The notes under the pieces: generated by a model
What the model was told of the DNA's origin: nothing
The model's database searches: none
Seen by the model: only the letters and a program-made list of their open reading frames with translations
From: an uncultured virus (IMG/VR IMGVR_UViG_3300021371_000010)
Lineage: Duplodnaviria > Heunggongvirae > Uroviricota > Caudoviricetes
IMG/VR virus record: IMGVR_UViG_3300021371_000010
Location: 1-64,000 of that record
DNA: 64,000 nt
Reading direction: 5' to 3' (one strand)
Translations under genes and position numbers: made by a program
In this document: piece after piece, positions 12,901-20,170 of the stretch
Layout of the letters: every line of letters starts with the position of its first letter
How positions within the stretch are numbered: position 1 is the stretch's first letter

Positions 12901-13751
12901 ACAATCTAACAAGTTCAACTTATAGTTTTGCAAGTACATATGGTGCTACAGAATCTACAATTGGCGGTGGTGATCAAGTAGTCGCAACTAGAAACTTATA
13001 CTATGATGCATTGCATACTATGATACCATCAACACAAGTTGCTGGTACACAAATCTTTGCAAGTGTCAATAGAACGGGTATGGGTTCACCAGAAGATTCA
13101 AACTTAGACACAGCATACAGCAGAAGAACATCAAGTAACTTTATCAAACTAAATGATAACGTGTACTTTGAAAGACCAAGTGTTATTGCTTCAGTTGTAA
13201 ATGAAGAAAACAACATGGGTAATACTAAGTCATTCAATTGTTTACTACAGTTGAGATCAGTAAATCCAAACGTATCACCAGTAATTGATATTGGTACAAT
13301 TGGTTGCTTAGGTATTATGAATAGAATTAACGATATAAACGAATCGGGTGATGTATCAACAGGAGAAGTATTCGTACCGTCTACTGCACCTGATGGAGAC
13401 AACAACGCAATGGTTTATATCACAAGAAAGGTAACATTGAAAAATCCTGCAACTTCATTAAAAGTGATTGCAGATAACTTCAGACCACCTAATACTGATC
13501 TGAAGTTCATGTTTAAGATTATTAAACAGGACGAAACAACACCTATCGATGATATTGGATTTGAGTATTTCAATACATCAGGTGGTCCAGACGTAGATAC
13601 ACCGAAAGACGGAAGAAACTTTAAAGAGTATGAATATACTGCTGATGCTCTTCCAGAATTCAGTGCATTCGTAGTTAAGATAGTAGGACAATCAAGCAAT
13701 ACATCTCAAGTGCCATTAGTACAATCACTTAGATGTCTGGCGTTAGCATAA
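6993..13751 (+). CDS. Large virion structural protein, VrlC/DUF4815-like
   Basis: 2252 aa. N-terminus PYYDDY...KVLFRAGRPLQARELTQ.QSILQ.Q, plus APGADRLKI, RRTFDTSGDF and RYKSGFLVDNF motifs typical of this family in T4-like marine phages. Confidence 0.8.
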   Translation: MTEKTDLNITPYYDDYSEDKNFHKVLFRAGRPLQARELTQSQSILQDQIEKFGGHFFKEGSIVQGAEANIDMDVYYVKVQSSNPNVGNGDTSVEGYRESFHGKYIRGGSTGVVAKVITSIAETSTDSITLIVKAYSRGTDSKGSFIFVGDETLREVTIDGAGAVTNNEGNENFFKTVTDEDVPTGRSSIAQISQGTVYSRGFFVNVDQQVIILEKYSGAPSYRVGLQIKEELISSGADTTLLDNAQGTNNENAPGADRLKITMILKKIGIEEVTDTNFIELTRVNQGVIELHINRPIYSHIEHTMARRTFDTSGDFVTKQFLTTFREHLKEGDNKGFYTAGEGGDNSKFVCQISPGKAYVKGYEIEKIGTSNLELLKARTTASLTNTATPVRLGNKLKVNNVLALPEFQDDASTSTTAFKPIELYNQAQSSGAPAGEKIGFARVRHVDNDLNVSTQATDELNLYLFDIKMFTKLKFSANISASDYSVGDKVQTSSGASGIVGVIEHSTDSIYLHDVVGTFNDGDTVGARGLKSTSRTIDTDGVIVFNIAQAKSVYQATPGGGSQNFVANVVLDDFRTLSGFATLGAGGTSDATVTGVGTQFTRELVVGDTILDSTGTERLVKAITSDVAFTIDDVDGTSASGVSSQVQVNLVRKRSVLRDQDQTAAIFAWPRDYVSKVTPSDNGLQVRKQIRLTISNGDITIPCDTANEKFAIGNEDNFQFAVIEQSTNGSRTLTNGQVVYPNDISSFPTPGDANLVIPIGDQSSNQYDDGAKVLVSYSVVRKTPDIKNKSLIKSRSIYFEDKNSTNTARYGTAYDHKELSIGKSDVNKVWAVLEGVPGTLTNSHPTPPNATLNRTSGTFNSGEIIVGQTSGAKARLLTYNEGSTSYLLYIKEGVQFSTGEAVVGQTNTGVATIQSYDVGSPNIKSRYFLDNGQRDGYYDLAKLQLKEGEPTPNNPITIIFDHFEAGGGDYFARGSYNDSEIDYEDIPNYSPNKVDLGGFEPDGQFELSDAVDFRSHTDSLISVTAYDQTNVPNISNITTAPFAYDSRVFSSFDIATPTPGSTVDASLEFYVPRIDKVFLHKGGIFEVVSGYPDISPQKPQPIDDAIEMFEIFIPAYTDNLKELKVKARDYRRFTMKDIGRINQRVSNLERITSLSLLEKDTQSKQILDADGFDRYKSGFLVDNFRGHKIGDVSHLDYHVGIDTKMGQLRPQNYTQFFDIEHKSSASANFKKTGDLITLPYTEHTFVDQNKASRHLNVNPYHVFAFIGNVKLTPETDIWQDTETLPEVRINKEGNYDAVLAENQNSLGTVWNAWQTTWVGEPQVVSEETLASVPANWDGNPSQGGTGQSTATITREITETPETQTRNGVITSVVEEFVETRNDRIVSVQVIPFCRARTLEITATNLKPNTNHYILFDGITVNEYVRPFSTDYSQTTHTAASAGVKTDANGMLRAYFDLPNNRFQKFPTGQRELRITSSSNNLSNPDSYGVATYQAQGLLQSSQTEIVSTRNGRVVLERITDQREIMQRGERINVNVVQREPEPEPPQSPPPPPPPDPPQDPDPEPTPDPTPDPTPEPNPEPAPEPTPEPTPPPLEDPPPVDPPVVLPVDDVWRPVRDFPRERRFEARDWMDPLAESFLVESDGGMFLTSIDIYFKSKDNNLPCSVQIRNMVNGYPGQIILPFSNVTKNPGDINVSEDGSVATTFTFESPVYVEDRAEYCFVVYSNSNEYECYISRMGEPDIITGETISGQPYGGSLFKSQNASTWNAEQTDDLKFKMKVAKFDTSKVSSLIFENAQLPSQSLQDNPVQTFVGEQYVKVNHYSHGMYDSNSDVKIISVTGDKKNAIYKLSTASGSVTNVTAGTYTGLTQHVSSSTSGEGAVFNVVTTGTTGNETIARIEVTNPGHGYSTSDNIVINTTLDGDAVNISFGITTVGDTLGGIPITLINAEHKGITDYSIDTYNIDVDASLLDNNLTSSTYSFASTYGATESTIGGGDQVVATRNLYYDALHTMIPSTQVAGTQIFASVNRTGMGSPEDSNLDTAYSRRTSSNFIKLNDNVYFERPSVIASVVNEENNMGNTKSFNCLLQLRSVNPNVSPVIDIGTIGCLGIMNRINDINESGDVSTGEVFVPSTAPDGDNNAMVYITRKVTLKNPATSLKVIADNFRPPNTDLKFMFKIIKQDETTPIDDIGFEYFNTSGGPDVDTPKDGRNFKEYEYTADALPEFSAFVVKIVGQSSNTSQVPLVQSLRCLALA
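11610..11813 (+). repeat. Pro-rich low-complexity coding repeat (EP/DP/TP)n inside the VrlC-like protein
   Basis: Translates as EPEPEPPQSPPPPPPPDPPQDPDPEPTPDPTPDPTPEPNPEPAPEPTPEPTPPP. Confidence 0.9.
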
Positions 13752-13966
13752 TGACTATCAAAGTTGACGGTCATTCACATCTAATACGTGATGAAGAATC
13801 ACATGCTATTGTTAATACAGATAACGAAGCATATAGATTAACATTACGTAGAAGAAGTATTGTAACTGCTCAGAGGAACGAGATAAATACATTAAAGAAT
13901 GAAGTAAGTGAAATTAAAACATTATTAAAACAAGTTATAGAGAACGTAAATGGCAAAAACAGTTGA
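13751..13966 (+). CDS. Small conserved hypothetical protein with a coiled-coil C-terminus
   Basis: ATG overlaps the upstream stop (TAATG). KVDGH..L.RD..S.AIVNTD motif followed by a heptad-like helix. Confidence 0.7.
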   Translation: MTIKVDGHSHLIRDEESHAIVNTDNEAYRLTLRRRSIVTAQRNEINTLKNEVSEIKTLLKQVIENVNGKNS

Positions 13967-15941
13967 CAATTACAGCACAATAGAAGACTTCAGAAGAACG
14001 TACAACGAACTTGCAGTTGACGTTGGTGATATTCGTGGTTTAAGAACTACAAATCAAGCAACACTTACAGATGCAGTAAACAGTATCGAAGATAAATCAT
14101 TCTTCTTCCAAGAATTTGTGTATACTTCAGATGATACAGATGCAAACGATGGATCTGGTCCATACAATTTCTTTGGAGCAGATATCTTTGCTAACGTCTT
14201 AAAGTATAAGAAAGATAGGGTACAAGTATTTGTTAATGGGGTTCACTTGAGTGAAGGTATTGACTATACTGTTACGGGTCTTCAAGCAGATGCTACTTAC
14301 AATCAAATACAAATTTCAAACACTTCACCATCTTTTGGATCAGGTCTAACAGACGGTGATAGATTAACAGTTTACTCATATACAGGATCGTATCTTGGTG
14401 TAGCAGTTCAAAATACTGGCGCCCAGTTCTTCTTGCTTGATGAGACACAAACAATTTACAATAACAATGCTAACGGTCTCATATTCAATGGTAGTAACAG
14501 TAATCTTGTAACTACATTGCAATCTGGTTTCACAATTCAAAATGAAGGTAATACTTTAGTAAATGGTGAACTTACAGTTGATACAGGACATACACTAACA
14601 GCACCTACAATTACAGACGGAATTGCAACACTATCAAGTGGTTCAATCACAAATGGTGTGAATGGTACTTTCTCAGGTACTATTCAAGCAGAGCATCTCT
14701 ATACAACAGACGATTTACAAGTTGGTGATGATGCAACAATTAGTGGAGATTTGACAGTTAATGGTGCCGTAACCTTAAACGGTAGTACAATTACTCTAGG
14801 TAATCATGCAGATGATAATGTCGTATTTAATGCAGACGTAAACACAGATATCAAACCAAATCAAACTGGTCTCGATCTTGGTTCAAGTACTCAGAAGTGG
14901 GACAACTTATATGTAACAGAAGTTCAAGGTAATATCGATGGTAACGTTTACAGTGGTAGTACTCTTGTTCTGAATAATACTACTGCTCACCTAACAGGAA
15001 CAGTATCAGATATTTCAAATCACGATACAGATGATTTAACAGAAGGTTCAAGTAACTTATACTTCACTACTGCAAGAGCAAGAGAATCTATCAGTGAAAA
15101 CTCAACTCAGTTAGCATACGATAATTCAACTGGTGTATTAACATATACACAGGGCAACACTGATACTGTAGCAGAAGGAACATCTAATCTTTATTATACA
15201 AATGCTAGAGCAGATGAAAGAGTTGCTTTAGAAACAGGTGTTAATTTAGATTTATCAAATCAAGATACAGATGAACTAGCAGAAGGAAGTTCAAATCTAT
15301 ATTATACAAATACTAGAGCAGATGGTAGAATTGCATTACAAGTCGGTGCTAATCTAGATTTATCAAGCAAGTCTACAACTAATTTATCTGAAGGTACAAA
15401 CTTATATTACACAAATACTAGAGTAGATAATAGAATTGCCAGTGCTAGTATTGGTGATTTAGATGACGTATCTATCTCTAGCATTACGGCAGGTCAAGCA
15501 CTAACATGGTCAGATTCAGCAAATGATGGTAACGGTGGATTTACACCAACAACACTAGGTAGTAGTACAGATAGTTTTGCAGAGGGTTCAAATAACCTAT
15601 ACTTTACAAATGAGAGAGCAATGGACGCCGCCGCATCGATGATTACAACTGCTACTCACAGTAATATAACAGTAAGTTATGATGACGATGCAAATACATT
15701 GGCATTTAGTGCGGCCGCACAATATGGTGACTCAGATGTCGAGGCACATATTTCAGAAGGACCTGGTATTGATCTAGACACTTCTGGTTCAACTTTAGAA
15801 ATTTCTGCTTCGGCGCAGAAAGGGGTAAAAATATCAAGTACCCATGTAGAATTAGATTATGAAGTAGTATCGGCCTCTGGACTTTCAGGAACACCATCAG
15901 GAACAGGAAAACCAGAAGGACATCTATGGTTTGTGATATGA
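13950..15941 (+). CDS. Fibre protein 1 with EGxxNLY(F/Y)T repeats
   Basis: 663 aa with repeated TDxLxEGSSNLYYTxxR units. The C-terminus PSGTGKPEGHLWFVI resembles the fibre-tip motif of 24264-26129. Confidence 0.7.
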   Translation: MAKTVDNYSTIEDFRRTYNELAVDVGDIRGLRTTNQATLTDAVNSIEDKSFFFQEFVYTSDDTDANDGSGPYNFFGADIFANVLKYKKDRVQVFVNGVHLSEGIDYTVTGLQADATYNQIQISNTSPSFGSGLTDGDRLTVYSYTGSYLGVAVQNTGAQFFLLDETQTIYNNNANGLIFNGSNSNLVTTLQSGFTIQNEGNTLVNGELTVDTGHTLTAPTITDGIATLSSGSITNGVNGTFSGTIQAEHLYTTDDLQVGDDATISGDLTVNGAVTLNGSTITLGNHADDNVVFNADVNTDIKPNQTGLDLGSSTQKWDNLYVTEVQGNIDGNVYSGSTLVLNNTTAHLTGTVSDISNHDTDDLTEGSSNLYFTTARARESISENSTQLAYDNSTGVLTYTQGNTDTVAEGTSNLYYTNARADERVALETGVNLDLSNQDTDELAEGSSNLYYTNTRADGRIALQVGANLDLSSKSTTNLSEGTNLYYTNTRVDNRIASASIGDLDDVSISSITAGQALTWSDSANDGNGGFTPTTLGSSTDSFAEGSNNLYFTNERAMDAAASMITTATHSNITVSYDDDANTLAFSAAAQYGDSDVEAHISEGPGIDLDTSGSTLEISASAQKGVKISSTHVELDYEVVSASGLSGTPSGTGKPEGHLWFVI

Positions 15942-15942
15942 T

Positions 15943-17574
15943 ATGTCAGATAAAATATATGTAAAGCATCAACTTGCAGGCGGTAGTTTTCAGCAACCGT
16001 ATAACTATCAGGTTCCAACACCTCTTAGAACTCCTGCAATTAAAAACCAAACTTATCGTCACCCGACAATAACGCAGGTCCCTCAGACCTATATTGCAAC
16101 TGGGAGAACAACTGCTAGGTATCCTTTCACATATCCATTTACAACGCAAGGAACTACTCAACAACCTAACACGTATAATATACAAACTTCAGCACAGGGT
16201 AACACGAGAGGTAATACTCGAATTTCTGCTCAAGAAACAACACCTGCTATTGGTAACTCTAGAGTTATTGGTAACACTAGGGCACCAATCGATGCACAGG
16301 GTACAACGATTACACGATACCCATATATTCAACCATTGATCGGGAATACTCAAGCAAACGCACAGCAACCAAATACGTATTCTTATCAATCACCGTTTAC
16401 ATATGATATTCAATCACCAACACAATATAGTATACAAACTTCTGTAAATGCACAGTCGCCCTCAATTGTTGATTATTCATATCAAACATCGTTACAGCAA
16501 CCTACAATTACACGTTATCCATTTACATATGAATACAATGTGCAAAATGCTACTCAAGGAAGTACTCGATACCCATTTACTTATCCGTTTACTGGGAGTT
16601 CTACAACACCAGTAATTAAAGTAGACAATTATAATATCGATGATCAAATTCATATACCAGATGAAACTGGTACTGGTACTTCAAGTAATAACCCTATGGT
16701 TTCAACTTTGACAGCAACTACTTTGTTGAGTACTCCTCAAACAAGAGGTGATGCAATTTACTTTAGACTTAGAAGAGTACTACCAACTACATCGGGTTAT
16801 ACATCTTCTAATGATTATCTAGTTCTCGAAGCAGTAAAAGATAGTGCCCAACATACTAAAACTGGTATAAGTGTATCAGTTGCTAACAGAGAAACATCTG
16901 GACCTCCAACTGGTCATACAGGAACAACTGTTATACAGAATTATAGTTCAACAGCAACGAATAATAATTATGTAGAAATAGCAAGATTCGGTTGTCCTGT
17001 AAGTGAAGGAGTGGTTTCTGAATTTGAAATTACATTAACACCAGACGCCACTACTACATTTAATACAACAGTGGGATCATTGTCAAATTCTGCTATTTCT
17101 GGTTGTTCTATATCTTTTGATACTACAACAAACTCAAATGGTTTCACTACTTATGCTTTTTCTAATTCAAATACTTCACATTATAATGACTGCTTAAATG
17201 CAAAAATATATGGAAGTTCTTTGATTTCTCCAAACTCTCAGGGATTTGGTATATTAACAACATACACATCAACGGGTACTGCTAGTTCGAGTTCATATAC
17301 AGTAAGGAATTATAGAGGTATTGATATATTAGTGAAACTTAAAAAGACGGGTAGGGGAACCCATACTACTCAGTATCCAATGAAACTAAATTTCATATAC
17401 TTAGCAAGTCATATTACTGGCGGCGGAGGCGGCGGAGGCGGTGGATTCCCATCACCATTCCCAAGTACTCCAAGTTTCCCAACGTTTGATCCGTTTAGTG
17501 ATCCATTCCACCCGTTCAACTTACCTCTTGTTCAGCAGTCAGTAGAACCTCTGGAGCAACGACTAGCAGGGTAA
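15943..17574 (+). CDS. Mirror-repeat filament protein C: repeat stalk, putative globular tip domain, Gly/Pro/Phe tail
   Basis: N-terminal IYVK, ~200 aa of QQPNTY/RYPFTY/GNT repeats, a non-repetitive Ser/Thr-rich domain, then GGGGGGGGFPSPFP. Confidence 0.65.
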   Translation: MSDKIYVKHQLAGGSFQQPYNYQVPTPLRTPAIKNQTYRHPTITQVPQTYIATGRTTARYPFTYPFTTQGTTQQPNTYNIQTSAQGNTRGNTRISAQETTPAIGNSRVIGNTRAPIDAQGTTITRYPYIQPLIGNTQANAQQPNTYSYQSPFTYDIQSPTQYSIQTSVNAQSPSIVDYSYQTSLQQPTITRYPFTYEYNVQNATQGSTRYPFTYPFTGSSTTPVIKVDNYNIDDQIHIPDETGTGTSSNNPMVSTLTATTLLSTPQTRGDAIYFRLRRVLPTTSGYTSSNDYLVLEAVKDSAQHTKTGISVSVANRETSGPPTGHTGTTVIQNYSSTATNNNYVEIARFGCPVSEGVVSEFEITLTPDATTTFNTTVGSLSNSAISGCSISFDTTTNSNGFTTYAFSNSNTSHYNDCLNAKIYGSSLISPNSQGFGILTTYTSTGTASSSSYTVRNYRGIDILVKLKKTGRGTHTTQYPMKLNFIYLASHITGGGGGGGGGFPSPFPSTPSFPTFDPFSDPFHPFNLPLVQQSVEPLEQRLAG

Positions 17575-17576
17575 TC

Positions 17577-18386
17577 ATGGCGCAATTTCAATCACAATGG
17601 ACACAACCTTACTCAGTACAGAGTCCCTTTATATATCAGGGACAAGGGAGCACTAGAGGAACAACACGATATACTTTTCAGTCACCTTCAACTGCTCAGG
17701 GTAACACAAGGGGAACTACAGACACTCCAAGTCCATATCGTCAACCAAATATTGGGTCAACAGATGCACAAAATACTGTAATTGTACAGCAACCAAGTCG
17801 AGGAACTACACAAACACCTTCAATTGGAAACACAAGAGCAACAGTACAGGGACAAACAAGGTCACCATACAGATCGCCATTTACGTATGCGTATCAAGTA
17901 GATGCTAGAGGAAATACTGAGACTAGATATCCGTTTACTTTTCAATCACCGTTTACGTATCAGAATCCTATAACATACGATTTTCAGTATCAGTCGCCAT
18001 ATAGATCACCTGCTAGATATCCCTTTACGTACCCGTTTAGAGTACCATCGATTGGGAATACTAGATCGCCGTTTACGTATGAAATTCAAAATACAGGTAA
18101 CACACGTGGTACTACACAAGTGCCTTATATATTTCAAGGCAACAGTAGAGTACCATATAATTTACAGACTGTTTCACCTACTACATACACTGTTAGATCA
18201 CCTAGCATTGTACAGTCACCAGCAATTGGCACAAGACCAATTGGTCCTGTAGCAGAAGTTAAAGCAGTATATTTTAAAGATTCTGATGGTGTAGTAAAGA
18301 AATTAGAAAAAGGATATGTAAAAGATTCTCAAGGGACTGTAAGAAAAATACATACTGGCATCCCATTTGCCCAACTAAGCAATTAA
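17577..18386 (+). CDS. Mirror-repeat filament protein D (partner of 15943-17574)
   Basis: ~220 aa of RSPFTY/GNT repeats followed by a C-terminal VYFKD..GVVKK...GYVKD..G beta-rich domain. Confidence 0.65.
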   Translation: MAQFQSQWTQPYSVQSPFIYQGQGSTRGTTRYTFQSPSTAQGNTRGTTDTPSPYRQPNIGSTDAQNTVIVQQPSRGTTQTPSIGNTRATVQGQTRSPYRSPFTYAYQVDARGNTETRYPFTFQSPFTYQNPITYDFQYQSPYRSPARYPFTYPFRVPSIGNTRSPFTYEIQNTGNTRGTTQVPYIFQGNSRVPYNLQTVSPTTYTVRSPSIVQSPAIGTRPIGPVAEVKAVYFKDSDGVVKKLEKGYVKDSQGTVRKIHTGIPFAQLSN

Positions 18387-18391
18387 AAACA

Positions 18392-18399
18392 TATAAATA
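18392..18399 (+). promoter_or_regulatory. Late promoter TATAAATA, 6 nt before the ATG
   Basis: Sequence reads TATAAATAGTTACTATG. Confidence 0.8.
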
Positions 18400-18405
18400 G
18401 TTACT

Positions 18406-18741
18406 ATGGCAATCATAGCAAATATATACATCGATCAAGGCACAGATTTCAGCATTACAGTAGATGTTACTAATGCCGATGGCACAGCATTAAATCTAAG
18501 TGGTTATACTGCGGCCGCACAAATGAGAAAGACATATACTTCTTCGGCAGTTAGTGCATCTTTTGGAACAACAATAATTGAAGCATCAGGACAAGTAACA
18601 CTATCTTTGACTGATTCACAAACAAGTGCATTATCGCCAGGTAGATATTTGTATGATCTCAATATCACATCTTCAGGTGGAAATACGAGTAGAGTTGTTG
18701 AAGGACAAGCAATCGTTACACCGGGTGTAACGAGGAGTTAA
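18406..18741 (+). CDS. Conserved virion protein (Ig-like/adaptor type)
   Basis: NIYIDQGTDF...LNLSGYT..AQMRK...GRYLYD...RVVEG...VTPGVT pattern, common in T4-like fibre regions. Confidence 0.7.
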   Translation: MAIIANIYIDQGTDFSITVDVTNADGTALNLSGYTAAAQMRKTYTSSAVSASFGTTIIEASGQVTLSLTDSQTSALSPGRYLYDLNITSSGGNTSRVVEGQAIVTPGVTRS

Positions 18742-18743
18742 AT

Positions 18744-18986
18744 ATGGCAATTAAAGGCGTAGTAGGAAGAGTTGCAGGGATTTCTGGTAAAGTTCAGGGT
18801 CAAGGTAACTTACGTGTAAAGCAGGTTGCAGTAGGTAATTCATCTACAAACGTGAATTTATCTGCAAAATCTATCAATGAATTAGCAGACGTTGATGCTA
18901 CAGAAACAGATAACGGATTACTTTCATACGATCAAGCATCAGATAAGTGGACTACAACCACGGTTCTTGACGGCGGAACATTCTAA
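18744..18986 (+). CDS. Small fibre-associated protein ending in LDGGTF
   Basis: 80 aa with LADVD...GLLSYD..SDKW and a C-terminal DGGTF. Has a GAGGAG RBS. Confidence 0.65.
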   Translation: MAIKGVVGRVAGISGKVQGQGNLRVKQVAVGNSSTNVNLSAKSINELADVDATETDNGLLSYDQASDKWTTTTVLDGGTF

Positions 18987-18996
18987 ATAACAATTA

Positions 18997-20019
18997 GTGA
19001 AACCTACATTATGGACACGTGATGAGTGGTCCCCTTTGCAAGAATGCATTTTAGGGACTGCAAAAGAGTTCAACCTCACGAAAGACATCTCACATTATGT
19101 CGTTGATTGGCATGATAGTTCTTGGTCTGATTATATTGAAGCAGATTTCGAATACATCACTAAAGACATTATTGCTGAAGCAGAAGCAGACTTAAACTAC
19201 TTTCAAACAGTGCTTAGGACTCACGGTGTTGTCGTCCATCGCCCGCAAACATCTTTGACATGTAATCAGATCAGTAATGGTATGTGGGAAACAGGCCAGA
19301 TGCAATTTTACAATGTCAGAGACATTGCTTTTGTTATCGACAATACCATTGTAGAGTCAGCAATGTCAGTTCGTACAAGGTATTTTGAACAGTATAGTAT
19401 ACAACATATCTTCAAACAAAAATTCTTAGAAGGTGCTAAATGGTTGTCTATGCCTAAACCAAAACTATCAGATGATCACTATTCATTAAATGTATTTCCA
19501 GATATACCAACGCATGAACCATTACTTGATGGTGCAAACATATTGAGAATGGGAGATGATTTATTAGTAAGCACAAATTTAACTGCTAATAAAATGGGTG
19601 TTGAATGGTTAAGAAGACATTTTCCTAATCATAGAATACATGAGATTGATCTCACACATAAAGTTACATCTCATATTGATACAACATTTACAGTATTAAA
19701 AGAAGGTGTAGTATTGATTAATGAAGAGAGAATTAAAGAAGATGAAGTTCCAGATCTTTTTAAAGATTGGACAAAAGTATTCATCACTAAAGACATTATA
19801 GCAGATGTGCAACCAAAAGTCAAGAGAGGAATCGCATCTAAATGGGTTGGTATGAATATGTTTTCTATAGATCCCAATAATGTTTGTGTAGATGCATCAC
19901 AAGAACGTCTTATGGAAGTGATATCACAATATGTAAATCCTATACCTATACCTATGAAGCATTCTAGAATTCTGGGTGGAGGATTACATTGTTGTACTTT
20001 AGACTTATTAAGAAATTAA
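18997..20019 (+). CDS. Amidinotransferase (glycine/inosamine-phosphate amidinotransferase family)
   Basis: EWSPLQECILG N-terminus, NVRD, LLDGAN (Asp), HIDTTF (His) and GGGLHCCTLD (catalytic Cys). GTG start 7 nt after TCTAAATA. Confidence 0.85.
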   Translation: MKPTLWTRDEWSPLQECILGTAKEFNLTKDISHYVVDWHDSSWSDYIEADFEYITKDIIAEAEADLNYFQTVLRTHGVVVHRPQTSLTCNQISNGMWETGQMQFYNVRDIAFVIDNTIVESAMSVRTRYFEQYSIQHIFKQKFLEGAKWLSMPKPKLSDDHYSLNVFPDIPTHEPLLDGANILRMGDDLLVSTNLTANKMGVEWLRRHFPNHRIHEIDLTHKVTSHIDTTFTVLKEGVVLINEERIKEDEVPDLFKDWTKVFITKDIIADVQPKVKRGIASKWVGMNMFSIDPNNVCVDASQERLMEVISQYVNPIPIPMKHSRILGGGLHCCTLDLLRN

Positions 20020-20023
20020 AACA

Positions 20024-20031
20024 TATAAATA
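20024..20031 (+). promoter_or_regulatory. Late promoter TATAAATA
   Basis: Exact consensus, ~140 nt upstream of the gene at 20171. Confidence 0.8.
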
Positions 20032-20046
20032 AAAGTATCAATCAAG

Positions 20047-20126
20047 GTTGTCGACAGTGAGACAACGACCCACATAGTGAGTGGACGAGATATAATATGA
20101 TTTCTTCTAGGGATAATGAACTAGAA
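20047..20126 (+). promoter_or_regulatory. Structured 5' leader: four tandem hairpins with related loops
   Basis: Stems GTTGTC/GACAAC, CCAC/GTGG, GAGA/TTTC and TTCTAG/CTAGAA. Loops contain ACAGTGA, ATAGTGA, ATAATATGA and ATAATGA. Confidence 0.55.
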
Positions 20127-20170
20127 TTTGCAAATTTAATAAACCAAAATTTTTCAATTAGGAGAGAAAA

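Noticed and set aside
17572..17579. Stop-codon readthrough fusing the mirror partners
   Set aside because: The partners are in different frames (2-nt gap here, 19-nt gap at 27915-27933), B has its own RBS, and no slippery site is evident. A frameshift cannot be fully excluded.
20047..20126. Guanidine-II (mini-ykkC) riboswitch next to the amidinotransferase
   Set aside because: ACGA occurs between the hairpins rather than as their tetraloops, and the element lies downstream of the enzyme gene.
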